From positions 10,116,698 to 10,180,697 of the forward strand of contig OZ037765.1 of the NCBI GenBank assembly GCA_964035545.1: a stretch of DNA of 64,000 nt, given 5' to 3'. Under the pieces are notes generated by a model that was given only the letters and a program-made list of their open reading frames with translations, was not told the DNA's origin and did no database searches. The stretch comes from Bugula neritina. Its lineage: Eukaryota; Animalia; Bryozoa. The position numbers were made by a program, and so were the translations under genes. Of the stretch, positions 42,500 through 57,400 are shown one piece after another; within the stretch, counting starts at the first letter, position 1, and each line of letters starts with the position of its first letter.

Positions 42500-45400
42500 A
42501 TGTGGATATTGCTGATTAATATTCTATTAATGCACTCCCTGATTGGTGAGTTGATAAAAGCATATTATACACTACTTTAATTGATTTATACTATTTGAAA
42601 TTTGCTACAATTAATTTGTTTGCTGTGTCCTTGTGCTAAAAACTTAGTGTCTCACTATTTAATAATGCTGCATTGTGTGATGCAGTTAATGGACAGAATG
42701 CTCCTCCAGAAGCTGTGTTTGAAGGAAGCCGAGAATTGCCCGAGGACACTCAACCAGGTAGGCTGGCAAGGTGAAAGACAATATTAGAATAATACTGTTT
42801 GCAAGAACCTGGTTGACAACGATTTATCTTTTGTTTCAGCAAGTAGCAGGTTATTAATTGTTAGTAATATAATAATTAATATGCAGCCTGTTGTCTAAGT
42901 AATTGCATTTGACAAGCATTTATTAATCACAGCATGGTTAAGATTGTGTAAAGCATCCTGTAGTGTAACTCACTGCTTTGTCTTTGATTCCTGACATTAC
43001 TAAAGCTTGTTTGTGTTGCCTGGCAACTAAAGCTCTGTACTAAAAATCTGTTAGGAAATAAAAATATGCGTAATCTGCTAGTGGAACCTTCATAGAGAAT
43101 ATTGCTAATGACGCTGTATACATTATACTTAAGTATGATGCACACAGGTATACAAGTAATTAAATTTTTATTTGTACATGTATAATGTATAGCTAAAAAG
43201 TAAATAGTATACTTAAATATGGAAATTGGCATAGTTGTTGCAAACTTACTTGGTAAAAATTTTTGGCTAGTATACAAGGCTATTGTTTCAATAAGCATTT
43301 CTATAACATTACTTATGACTGAATAAAATGCCAAATTCAACATGGAGATTAAACAAGATTTGCTCATCTCTCTCAAAAGCCCCAGCTCATCATATTGTAG
43401 ACTGAGTGGGTGTTAGCTGAGTGTTACACTATGAAGTAGCACAATGCAGTGTATTGAGCCCAGCATGCTTGTATTTACATTTCACTATTCATTGATCCAG
43501 AGCATTGTTAATCAGGGATTGTATTACTAATAGTATTATACAAAGTTAGTCATGCGTTACATCTTGCTGTAAATATGAGAATATTAATACATGTGGATAA
43601 CTTGCTGGCTGGAAGAAGACAACTCTTGACCTTTTCTATAACTCTTATGACCAGTGCTATATTTTGTTTACGCAGGTACAGTCGTTTATTCAGTCGTAGC
43701 CTCAGACCCTGATAGTGATGACAGTAGCCTTTCACTCCATCTTGACTCCAACACCTTTCAACTGTGGAATTATGGCAATAGAGGCAACATAACCTTGCTA
43801 AAAAGTTTAAACTTTGAGGTGTGTTAGATTGTGAAATCTATAAGTATAAAGAGATTATAAAAGTACTGGATTTCTTACTAAGATATTTTGCTGATCTGCA
43901 TACAAGATAAAACAACTTATACAATATGCAGACACTATTCCATATACACTGTAATATTTTTGTATAAGGCTCTCATTGTATGCAACTGTTGATGTGTTTG
44001 ACCATTAATCTCAGTGGATATTTCTGTTGACTGCAGGCCAGTACCACAGCAGAGTTCGTGCTAACTGTAGCCGATGGAGACCAGAGTGCCACCACCTACA
44101 GGAAAGTCATCACAGTTACTGATGTAAATGATGTGCAGCCAAAGTTCAGCCAGTTAAGATACAAAACACATCTAAGTGAGGTGGGAACTCTTTATAACTA
44201 CAGCTCTGTCAAACAATGTCACTTACTGCTGATAATTATGAAGTTTATATAACCTCATTTTACTTAAATATTTTTATTTGATTACTTGAAAATTTCAGTA
44301 AGACTTGACTATAATATGCTTTAATAAGAAAATGCCTTAATATGATAAACTAAAGGTTTTGTTATTAAATATCTACTATTTTTTGTCAAAAAATAAAACT
44401 TGTAAGCTTTTACAAATAGGTAAGTTGTTCTATTTACAAGAATAGTATTCTGTTTGACTCGATGTGTAGGACACTGCAGTTGGATCAGTCGTGTTTAGCG
44501 ACATCTATGTGAGTGATGCAGACGTGAGCAACAGTGAGATCAATGTTGTCTGCTCCTATAACCCCGCCTTCCCCAACGCCTGCCAAATATTTGGTCTAAA
44601 CACCACGGCATCAACCAACACCTACTGGAGCGGGTATGTTTACCTGCGGCGCCCATTGGACTACGAGACGATGCAAGAGACATACCAGCTTCAGCTTACA
44701 GCCAAGGTATGCATTACCAATGTCAACTGCTTAAGGTGTTGTGGAGGTGAAGCACTCTAAACATGTAACCTTGTAAGAACACTAGGCCAAATTGATATAT
44801 TTGCAGGATGAACTAGAACTATGAATCATTATAAAACTGAATAAAATTTGTTATCTCTCTTCTATTTATGCGACACTTTAAAAATTTCTTTCTTAAAATT
44901 GAAACACTAATAACTGTGGTTTATTAAACTTGTAATGTGGCATTTTTGCATATTTGTAGTTTAAAGATAACCGTTTTTTGCATCTGCATTTCATATGGCG
45001 AAATTTCCTACCTTGAGAAAGGTTTTCTGTAACCCTTGACAATAGCCAGCTGCATGTTACAATGTGCTTGAAGTCAGCAACACAGTCCTGCACATGGTAG
45101 CATATAGTAGCAGTTGTTAGGCTATTATAAGGAGGGAATTCAATTCTTTCACTTATCATGCTGTAGGATGGCAACCCTGTTAATGACTACCGCATGACAT
45201 TTGAAGTTGTCATTGATGATGTCACGGATGCCCCGCCCTTTTTTACATCCACATTCGATGCTAGAATCAACGAAGATGTTGAAATTGTAAGTCTATTGTA
45301 AAACCTAAACATTGGATGCATGTATGCTGCTAGATAAAACAGGGTATAATTTTGCGCCCGGCCAAAATTGTGAATAGTTAGATTGTTGGATTTTACATGT

Positions 45401-48400
45401 AATTTGACTCGTTTAGTAAAAACGAAATCTATCTCCGTTTAATTTAGTTTTTAATATTGCTTTGGCGAAGCTTCTTTTTGAAAATGAATTTAGATAATGT
45501 TCCTCTAAGAAATTACAATGTTTCCTTTATAGCTAAACATAGCAATGCTACTTTCAGGGTACATACGTACTTACTGTGAATGCTGAAGATGGAGATGAGA
45601 AGGATCAAAGACCTATAAGATATAGCATTATAGAAAGTTAGTTTTAACTTGGAGAGTTGTTAACTTTAAGAATTATATAACTATTTTTATACTTTAGAAA
45701 TCCCCTGTCATCTGGCACTTTTTGTCTTATTAGGAAGCTTGAGGTTTGGTGGCAAAAGATATGTGCAGCATAAAAACAAGTTTTATAATATATAACAACC
45801 ATTCTAATGCATTCTAAAATATTAATTTTTTGAACATTTTTCAGCATTATTGATTATATAAATTTATTTTGTACAAATATTGTGTAACTAGTTAAAAACA
45901 GCGAATATAAATTTTTCTTACTACGCGAAAATGGCTAGGCTAGGAAGGGCTTGAACATAATTTGTTTTCTGTGAGTAAGTTTAGGGATAACTAATAGGTT
46001 TTTTTTATTACTAATTTAGTTTTAAATTTCTACTGCAAAAAATGCGGTGTAAGAAAAAAAAAATTTGTTGTTGTTTCTTCCTAATTTTATTTTAGATCCA
46101 GGCGAGCTGTTTGCTATTGAAGCCGATACCGGAAAAATAACAACCACCAAGTCTCTAACTCTAAAAGCTGATGTGATTGGATCACAGGGTATCGTTACTC
46201 TAAAAGTAACTGTAAGTTTTCAACTTAATTTGTTTATGCTAGACTGCATAAAATTATAAAGCATTCTGTGTTATTGTTTTTATCCATCTTTCAAACTTTA
46301 GAGGTATGCTACAGTCAACTTAAAGACTGTTACATAATATTTATTAAAGTGCTTATAATTAATAGGTTATGCTATTAATTCGAGGAGACTCCCCTTAACA
46401 ATTTTATAATTTTGTTTTCATCAAGCCCTTAGCTCAATGACATTTATTTTCTCTGTCAATGCCTTCTTATTGCACACTACTCTGTTACGTATAAACCTGT
46501 TCAAGTGTGGGTTACTTTGGTCTAATCGTCACCAGGGTTATATACATGATTTTAGAATCAGGTTTATTTATGAAATAATTGTTTTGTGGTGTAATTTTTA
46601 GGCCCAAGAAGTTCTTTCAGACGGTAGATTAGGCAATGACTCTACCACCCAGTCATTTGCAGATGTAAAGATAACTATTATAGATGTCAATGACAATCCT
46701 CCTATGTTTACTCAAACACATTACTCGGTTAATATGTCCGAGTCTTTAGAGAATGGGCAGGCAATTCCCAACCTGACCATGCATGTTAGCGATGCAGATG
46801 GAGTGAGTAGTTAATATTTTTTATACATTTGAAATAACTGCAAATATCTATCTTCATCTTTAGAACAGCAGCCATTATATAGCTGGTTCAACAAAACCTG
46901 TCATAGTGGCCTTTATATAATTGTTCAACTCCTTGAAATATTTAGTCAATGTTTTTATAAACATTGTTGCTTTACAGTCACTTAAATCAACAACTGTATA
47001 ACTCCATATGTTTAGGCAGACAATGCGTACTTCAAGTTTGTGTTCTCTGGTCTGAGGGAATATGAGGACATATTTAGAGTGAGTCCACCAGAAGCTCAGG
47101 GCTCTACTACTGCCACCCTTGTTATACAAAATAGCTCGGCTTTAGACTACGACTTTGGTTTAAGGGTCTATACTTTGGAGGTACTACAAATTATAGTGTT
47201 TATTTATATAGAATTGACTGATGTTTATGTTTTTACTATACATATGATTGTATAAAATATTTAGCTGTTAAATTATTTTAGATGAATAATAAAAAATTTA
47301 ATGTCATGCAAGTTGTATTCATGCTTGTGTATTTTGTCCAGGTAATAGCTAAGGAAGTGCGCACACAATCTAGTCTCTCTAGCACTGCTATAGTTACCAT
47401 CTACCTGCAAGATGCTAATGATAATGTGCCAGAGTTTAGTGTGGGATATTATAACATAGAAGACTTGTCAGAACTGACACAGCCTGGTGAACGTATAGCC
47501 TACTTACCTCAGGTATCCTATAACCATATTGTGACACATGCACGCACACACCACACTCGCACACACCACACTCGCACGCACCACACTCACACGCACACGC
47601 GAACATGCACGCACACACACATATTTTTGCACACTGTTGCACATATTATGATTATATAAAAAAATATAAACCAGTATCAACAATAATAGTATTGTGACAT
47701 TGCCTAAATCATATAATTGTGCAACTCCAATTGTATTGGTGTGTGAATATAAAAACAAATTTAGTGTAATATTGTATAAGTTATTAGAAGGTGCTCAATG
47801 AAAGTATAAATGTAAGATTAAATATTAGAACATAGCTATTGGCTTATATTGCAGGCTACTGATGTAGACACAGGACCCTATGGTAGTGCAGGCATAGTGT
47901 ACTCACTGGTTGGATATGGCAATAATAGGTATGCAGTATAGATTTTCTCGCTTAGCTCTCCTACCAACACTGTTTGTTTTATCACCTAAAATTAATAATT
48001 TTCTTATATAATATCTACAGGTTTGAAGTGAATAGGCTAACTGGTGAGCTGAGGCTACAGGAATGCTCCGTACCAGGCACTGGGAACTGCTTAGATTTTG
48101 AGTCTATTCAGTTGTATAATCTCACATTGATTGCTACTGGTATGTGTTTAGAACTTTGGTATTGTAAGTTGACTTGAACTCTGTGCTTTGAATAGAAGTT
48201 GAATAGTAGGATTTTAGTGCCTGAATCATTTTAGTGCTTTTTAAATTCATGTAAAAAATGGCTTCATCTCGAGTATGTAGATGAATTAATTTTTTATTGT
48301 GTTGACTTTTAGGTGATGTTTTTGTTTTCTAGGTAGTTTTTTTAGTCATATAAATCATTCAAAAGAATTATAAAAATTGCATAGAAATTTGAACTTCTGT

Positions 48401-51400
48401 GCAGATAATAACGGGAAAGCCCATGAAACGTCAATTCCTTTGACAATAACCCTGCTAGATGAAAATGACAACATACCAGAGTTCACTTCTTATATTTACC
48501 AGTATAGAGTGCAAGAGGGCACAACTTCACTCACTACCGAGTATCCTATTTATGTATGTATTGTCAGTTATATCAAGATATTAGCTCCTAAATGTATAGG
48601 TTTGAGGATTTTAATGTGTGGTGTTAATGACCATTACAGATTGCATGGAAAAACTTTGTCAAAAATTCATAGGATGGTAAACAACATTGTAGTAAAGTGT
48701 AGTACACAGTGTTTCACAAACTATAACTGGTTTTATATAAATCATGCATGGTTTTCTTTACTTCTACATTCTAAAGTCACTTTAGAAAATTTGAAAGAGT
48801 AGTTTTCACCAACTGTAGTTGTCTTTGGAGATATATAACAGCCACTTGTGTAGCATGTTTTGCTACCTGACAAATTAAAGCTGTTGTATTGTAACTACCC
48901 ACTAATTGAAGCAAATGTATTTATAAAATATATCATATGTAATACATGTATTTAAGCATTATATCAAACTAGTCTGTACAACTCTGGTATGTCACTGTGA
49001 TACTTTAGGCTACAGATCTAGATAGTAGCCGGAATGGAAACAATAGGATCAGATATTCCTTGGTGAGTGACAGGAGTGGACTATTCACTGTCAACCCACT
49101 TAGTGGGGAGTTGTCTCTAAATGCCCCCATTCAGTTTAAAGACGGTGATGCCAACGGGAGGTAAATTTGATGTTACTCAAAAATTAATTTTTGTTTTAGC
49201 ACACATAATATTAGATATTATAGACTTTTCTGGTTACACACATACAAATTTGCCACTTATGACTGTTCTTGAGGGACAACTTACTTAATCATTGCAATAT
49301 ATTATTTTTTCTATTTATCTTGTTTGAAATCCCTTTTTCACCATTGTACATCTACTCTAGTAAGAATCAACTATGGTATATGGGAGAAATATAAATAAAT
49401 CTATAGGGTCAGGGCAGTTGGCTGATATATAAGCTGTTCTCAAAGGACATTACTTAATTATAAACTTTTACAATATTTTGAAACAAGCTTCAAATGTACA
49501 ACTTTCTCTACACTTAGTTTTAAATTAAACAAGATTAAACATGTTATGGCAAACTTATCATTTCCATTAGTAGCTCCATAGTACCTTGCCTAAGTATTCT
49601 ATACTATTTTCAGCAATTATGCTACTTGTTGAAACCACTGTTACAGTAAAATATTGAGTTAGCGACCACCAAGAAAGTGTTGTAAGAACCATTAGAGTTA
49701 TGTTAACTTATAATGTAGGTTGAGGATTACTGTCGGAGCTGGAAATCTCTTGGAAGGAGCTAGTCAAGTGGACTTTACTCAGAACACGACAATTGAAGTC
49801 ATAGTTGAAGATGTTAACAACAATGCCCCATACTTTCTCCGAAACTACAGCCAGATCATACCTGAAAACATTCATCCAGGTATTTTGCGTAACAGTGTGA
49901 CTACACATACTGTGTGTTTTCTTCAGAACTTTTGATGGGCATAGAGAACTTATTTAACACCAATAAATTTGAAAACCAGATTAATTTTGAATACTTACCA
50001 TTAGTTGTTTAATTGACTCAATAAATCATTTTTTATTCTCTAATAATATAATACTTTAATGTAATAAGTAAACCCGGTACAATAGTCTAAAATTAGTGTG
50101 TACATGTCTTATTACAAAGTCACAGTACTGAGTTTACAAAAGTTACAGCACTAATCAGTAACTTTAATATTAAAACCCGTTGGTTATGAGGGAGCTCTTT
50201 ATTTGCAGATGTTGAGATTATTAGAGTAGAAGCTGATGATGCTGACTTTGGTGTGAATGCTGCCGTTGAGTACAGTATAGACTCTGGAGCAGATAACACT
50301 TTCCAGATAGATATATATTCTGGTGTTATCAGCAGAATACGGGGTGCTGTGCTGGACTATACCAGCAAATCTAAATATGATATTGTGGTAAGCAGTATGT
50401 ATTGTTATAGAGATATTTACTTATTTTTAGCATATGTTAGAAAACACCTAAGTACAAAGAGTTTTATATTTTGCAGGTAAAAGCCACAGATAAAGGTTAC
50501 CCTAGACTAAGTGGATATGCTACAGTAACTGTCACTCTTTTAGACAATGATAACAGGTACCCTGTGTTTACTCCTCTCACAACATACACCAATGTTTCTG
50601 AAGGTATGAATCCATTTTTCTGTTTTTAATTTTACTGTATTTCTTTCTATAGTAATCAGTATTAACATGTCGAATAAATGTTACAAAGTATTTGATTGGG
50701 CACTTTTGATTTGTACTTTGTTATAATTTACTTTTGAATCTTTTATTGAAATAGAATAGGTTTGACTTCAATTAATACCTAGCACATTATAGCTGAATAG
50801 TTTGTATAACAGATGTATGACTAATTAGGTAATTAATGTTAACAACACTTTAAATGATATTTACACGCTATTCAGAATACTTTTAATATAGATTTTATGT
50901 TTTATGTAAGTTGCAATAAATTTTACCTCTGATAATTTTACCACAGTGATTCTTAGCATAATTCATCTACCTAATAAAATTACACCCAGTGCATTCCAAG
51001 AGGAAATCTATAGAATAGTTTACATTGTTTGATTTTCGGGTTTTTTGTAGATGCAGGTATAGATTTCGCTGTCGTATCAATGCAAGCTATAGACAGAGAC
51101 AGCGACGCAGACCTTCGTTATTCATTTGTTGAGCCAATCACAGCCCATGACATCTCGGGACTTCCTGTAAACACTGAAGACTATAACTACATTGAACTCT
51201 TCAGAATAGATTCTGAAACAGGACAAGTTTTTGTAAACAGGAAATTAGACATCCACCAAGTAGAGCGGATACAATACACAGTGCAGGCGAGAGACATATC
51301 AGCTGACGATTCAGAACAAGTTGGCACTAGTTAGTTGATTCTTCATTAGTTGCTCATCCCAGGCTTCTCAACAATTCATAAATTTTATGTATAGCCTAAG

Positions 51401-54400
51401 TTTCTAGTTCAAAACATGTGGCTTTAATAATAACAGTTAGTAGACAATGTGATTGTGCACTTTTAAATACATATTGTAACTTCTGATGGGTACAAATGGT
51501 CATCAGTAGCTCCAGTAAGTAAATCTTGATCAGTGTTTTAAATTTTAATTATTGATCTGATCAGATTGTGTTTGTTATATACTCAGACCCATTATGTGTT
51601 CTCAGGTACGCTGGTGATTAACATTATAAGTGCCAATCTTCATGCTCCAGTGTTTGAGAATGTGAACAGAACATACTCAGTGCTGGAAGAGCAGCCAGTT
51701 GGTAGTCTGGTGTTAGTGTTGGTGGCAACTGATGATGACGGAGATCTTGTCACCTATGAGATTCTCAAGCAAAGCACACCTGACTTGCTTGCTGTTCATC
51801 CTGCAACTGGTATATATATAGACATCTAAACTCGATTGTTACAGTGCTTGAAATATTGCTGGTCTGTAGTCAATTTAGGAATGCAACTGTTGCTTAGAGA
51901 AGGAATGTGTTATAAAGAGAACTATTCCGTGGACTAAAGGGTGTTGTTTATGTGTTGCAGGTATTGTAACAGTGGCTAGTCATATAGACTACGAGGCTAT
52001 ACAGACCGTAACATTTACTGCCAGAGCCTATGATGGGAATAACTATCTTACGGACCAGTATGCAGACCAGCAGTTTACTGTGAATATTATAAACATAAAT
52101 GATAACACACCCAAGTTCAGTCAGCAGTTCTATGAGTCAGATATTCTAGAGAATTCTACAGACAGACAGATTGTGACAACCGTTTCAGCTACGGATCAAG
52201 ATTTCTATCCTTATGGTGACGTCAGGTAAGTTGTTAAGGGTACAACTTTTCTATAGCACTTTAGTATTATCAAAGTGTATGAAATTCTTCAGGCAAGTAA
52301 TCTATTTTATTTTATGTTCAGTACAAGTTGACAACAGCTAAACCTACAAATGATGCTGCAAAACTGCAAAGTTTAACTATTATTAAAAACCAAAATTAGA
52401 AGAGGAAATTAATTTAACATACATGTATAGTGGTTTCAGTTAAACTCAAACTCTTATGGCAGGTTACAAAAAATTATGACTATTAGTTTTTATACTATCT
52501 GTCAACTTACATAAAGCGCACTCCGCTCTGTAAAATATTGTTTTGAACAAGTCCGCAGTGAGTCACAGGTAAAGTTTGTGAAAATACTATTCTATTGCAA
52601 CAAAAACAGAAAATATTTCCTACGGTTATTACTTGTAATACGGTTGATTTGGTTGGGCTTTCCAGATACCGTCTTCCTACAAGTGTAACTCAGTTTAGAG
52701 TGGATGAAGTGAGTGGCCTGATATACAAGATACCTGGTGTGGTGTTTGACAGGGAGTCTATGGACAGTCTGTATATCCCGGTTATAGCATACGACGGTCC
52801 AGCATCTCCCAGTAGATCATCTATAGTACCTGTTTACGTGTCTATTAAAGTGAGTTATATCATTCGACAGAATACATATTTGTATTTCACAGTTGCACTA
52901 ATAATTTTATGTATAATGATATTGGTTGAATCTTCAATTAATGCTTAGAGGTTTCAATGTTCAAAAGACATCTATGTGTTATTGTAGTTTGAACTGTGCA
53001 AAATATATTAATATAATATGACTTTTGGATTTGAGCCTAAATTTCTTACATAAATCCATTTTCAAAAATTAATTTTTTCAGAAACGCAGATCTTAAATTA
53101 TTTTGAATTAATAGTTAAATGTTCTACATTTGCAATGCTTGTTAGGAAGGTTTCTGTATTACAATAATGCCGCACTAGATAGTTTAAGTATTAGTGTGAC
53201 AGGTTAGTAGGAAATCCATATCTCTATCTGAATGTAGAATGTGAATGACAACAGCCCGTACTTCAATGAGAAGGATGTTTACATCACAGTGTCTGATGAT
53301 ACACCAATAGGAAGTTTTGTTACTCGACTCTTTGCATTTGATGATGACTCTGACGATAAAATCTCATACTCTATTGGCAGCGATCCATCAGGTCAGCTAG
53401 TAGTCAGCATTACTAAATGTACACTGGGTTTTACTGGGTCATACTGCATTATGTGTATTTTCCATGAACGTGATAATATTGCGGGAAGAATAAACAACTG
53501 TATGTTATCTAACAAATTTGCTTGTCTAGTATTTTACTATTGCTGCTTAGCTAACATTAATCTCAGTCTACTTCACAATTAACTCATCATCCACACTCCA
53601 CAAAACACTCACAAATACTTTACTGAGTAAATCAGGATGTTGGATGTACGGTTTCTAAGCAGATAATGTTTAGGTTTATAGTTTTTATATGACAACTATC
53701 ATACAGTATGTATTTCAGTAAGTTTTTCTATACTCTCAAGTTTAAGTTTGTTGCGTTTTCTAAACTTAGATGTAACAATTTGACTAAGAAATGTATGAAT
53801 GTGAAATATACAGTATCACAATCACAGTAATGCTTTGTCTAATAAAAATTGTTTCACCTACGTATCACAGTCGATTGCTAAATATATATATATAATATTT
53901 ATATGAACATTTAGGACGGTATGCCATCTCGGATGAAGGTGTGGTAACTACTCGTCTACCTTTCACTACAACTCAAGATCACACTTTCAATGTGATAGCT
54001 CGAGATAGAGCAGACAACTTTGCGATTGTGCGTGTTCACGTCACTGTTATTGGTAATGATGTTGGACCAAGCTGGAAATTCCCCTCCTATGACGGAGATA
54101 GAATTATTGTCTGTGAGGTAAGATAATTCCAAGATTCTAGTCGTGTAGATTTTTCATTCAAGCTGTTATATCATTTACATGTTTGAAATATCATGTAAAA
54201 AGAAATATAGTCTTTAAAATTTCTTTTGCTTCTGCAAAATTTTTTTTCGATGTTTGAGCACTTTTTCACAAATTTATGTATGTTGTCATTATTTGTGTAA
54301 TGATCATTGATGCCAGCGAAGCACATTTTGTCACATTGTTGTTTGTAAGACACTTTAGCAAATTATTATAACTTGTACAATCTGTCTTTTTCAAGTTGAA

Positions 54401-57400
54401 ACTATTAAATATAACCACAGAAAATTATTAAGATGTTTTGATAAATGCAGTGCATCTGCTGTGTGAGAGACTCAAAGCACATTAATTTTTAAAAGTAGAC
54501 ACTTATTGCAGAAAAAACTCACAACAAACGGGTTGTTTGCGTATCTACAATCACTGAGAATGTTAGCTACTGATTGTGTATGTTGTAGAGTTGGAGCAGA
54601 GGGGAAGTTATTAACGAAAAGAAGTTAATATCTGCTGATGGTGCCAGTAAATATTACTTTCTTGTTAATGGAGAGGAGACCAGCATCTTCAACATGACTT
54701 TCCGTCTGATACCCGAGACTGGAGAGATTCTCTTACAGAAGAACTTGGATCGTGAGGAAACAGACAGATATTTGGTATGACTGTTTTTATAAGTATTCAA
54801 CATTAATCAACTCCGTATGTGTATTTTGCTTTTGAAAATGTTAAATAGTAAACTTGTAGTGTTTTAGTCATATAGGATATATCAAAAACATTTCAAGTTC
54901 TTATTTTAAACAAAATCAATTTTAATATTACTCTTTAGATATAGGTTACATAGTTTTCTGAGGTTGCCCACATATAACTAAATGTGTTTTATTTGAAATA
55001 GTCTTTCAATGTAGCATTTTAACACCAATATTGGTGTATTTATTTTTAAACTGTACTAAATTTTGCGAAAGTTGGGAACTGGAAAAAACCTGTAGATACT
55101 TTCTTGTGAAAATTTAAATTATCATGTATCAAGTATTTCTTAGATATTTTTGCTCATTTAGAAAAAAATCTAGTGGGATACTATACCAAGTGTTGTGTTC
55201 AGTACTAGAAAACGTTGGCTGGCTGTCCATGGTGTATATAAAAACTCTGTTGATGACATGTTGTTAGGTGCAAGTACTGGCCAGAGATGCCAATGGTTTG
55301 GTCAACCAACGATATCTAGTAGTTGACGTGTGTGATGAGAATGACAACCACCCCGAGTTTCCTGTTGATAACAATGAGAATGTTAAAGATTACCACTTTA
55401 CTATCTACAGTAGTGAGTTGTTTTAAAGACAGCATTTATTTAAGTTGTTTAAAATATAGTGACAATTGACAGCATGTAAATCCAAATTGAAGTTGATGCA
55501 GTAATGAAGAGATTCAGAATAACTACTGTTTAAGATGAGAAATGTAATAAAAGAAGTTATGTTCTCACAACTATTTCAGCCGTCTTCCAAAAACAAAATT
55601 TATTAAGTAACTTGAAGAATTTAGTCCATCAACATTTCTCTGTTACTGCACCTAAATGTAAATGTTGTGCACCTAAGTTGAACTGCATTTGTTGAATAGA
55701 TGAGGTTGAGTGTGTGAAAGACCCTGTAAGAAACAATGCCTGTGGTCAAGTGAAGGCGCAAGACTTGGATCTGCCTCACAACGGAATGATTGTCTACTCA
55801 ATCTCTGGTAATATTATTTCTAAGTATTAAATCACTCTGACTGTAGGTACTAAAATACTGAATAATCAATGTTATGAGATTAATCAATGTTTTTTTTATA
55901 AAAGTGTTTTTAGATTTACTTTTTAAATTCACAATGATGAAAATAAATAGGATAAATGTAGTTGAGGATTTATGATGTTCAAGCTAGTAGCTGTTCTTGT
56001 AAAAAGTAAAATAACACAACCTAACTTGTTTTCGCTCACTTGAAATGTTTTCTGTTTCAGGTGGAGACGTCAGCCATTTTGTCATTGATCCAGATACTGG
56101 AATAATCAGCACTGTTAGAGGACTTGATCATCCTTCCCAATCATTATATATCATTCAGGTCACGGCTAACAATTATATAATAGTAGAAAACCAGAAGGAA
56201 GTGATTGTCAGTGACTCGGATCGTAAAACTACAAACGTTTACATTGAGGTGCTGCCTACCCCCACAACTCCAACCTTTATTAAAAAGGAACTTAATCTAT
56301 GTAAGTGTAGATTTTGATTCACTATGAAAGTATTCGGTAAAATGTTGGTTTCAGATTTATATACTCATAAGTATGTAGGTAGATGTAATTTTTATCAAAT
56401 TTTGGAAGAATTAGTGCTCATCGTGCTGCATTTTATAGACTCAGATTTTCAATTTTATAAAAGTAACTATCCAATCCATTAGAAAATTTGAATTTCTGCT
56501 TTTGAGAGTTTTTTGTTTATTATTATTGGGGGACCTGTAAATATTTTCTCCCAAAGTTAACGAGTGTTCAATGATTGATTGTAGACACATCTATTAATAC
56601 TCAGATTGGAACATGCCTTGATTCCATGAAACCCGCAGACGCCTCATTCAACACTCTGTCTTACAGTCTTGTTAGAGAAACTGTGTTTAATGGAAACATC
56701 ATAGTACCAAAACAAGACGATAGACTCCAACACTCGGTTGGGGTTACTGCTGGAGAGATATGCACTATACAACTGTATAATCCTAAATACACTGGCTACC
56801 GATTCACCATTGATGTGAGTTATAAATGTAAAAAATTGGATGTGATTTTACACTAAGTACGTTTATATGAAAATTTCTCTCCAGTGTTTATAAACAGATA
56901 ATTGTAGAGTCTGGCTACATTTATTTGCATTCTATTTACATTACGTAGGTGGATGTTACAATAGATGGCATCGACCAAGACAGTGGTGTTGCTAACATTT
57001 GGCTGACGAGGAATATCAACATGATTAAGATTGTTATCAATGGTACTACGAGTTTTGTGAATACTCAAAGGTTGAATATAATAGAAGCCTTGACTAAGAT
57101 TATGGGTACCAAAATCTTGTGGATAGACTCTGTGGGTCATCACACCACCAAGGAGGGCACTATAGATGTTTCCAGGTAAACAATATGATAGGCTTCCATC
57201 TTGATGATACGCCAGTCTGGGATGTAGTCAAATCTCAATACTGCCTAAGATTAATTAGTTTCTGACAGTTCTGTTTCAACTGCAAGCTATAAAACAGTTT
57301 GCTACAATTTACTGCAAGTGCAAACCCAATTTACCCCCCAAGTGTGAATTTTTGATTCTATGTCTAAATTTTTAAAACATGAAATGCCTCTGTCTTTATG

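Noticed and set aside
42927-43376. 149-aa minus-strand ORF
   Set aside because: Lies in an intron of cadherin B, starts at a non-ATG codon, has AT-driven composition and no recognisable motif.
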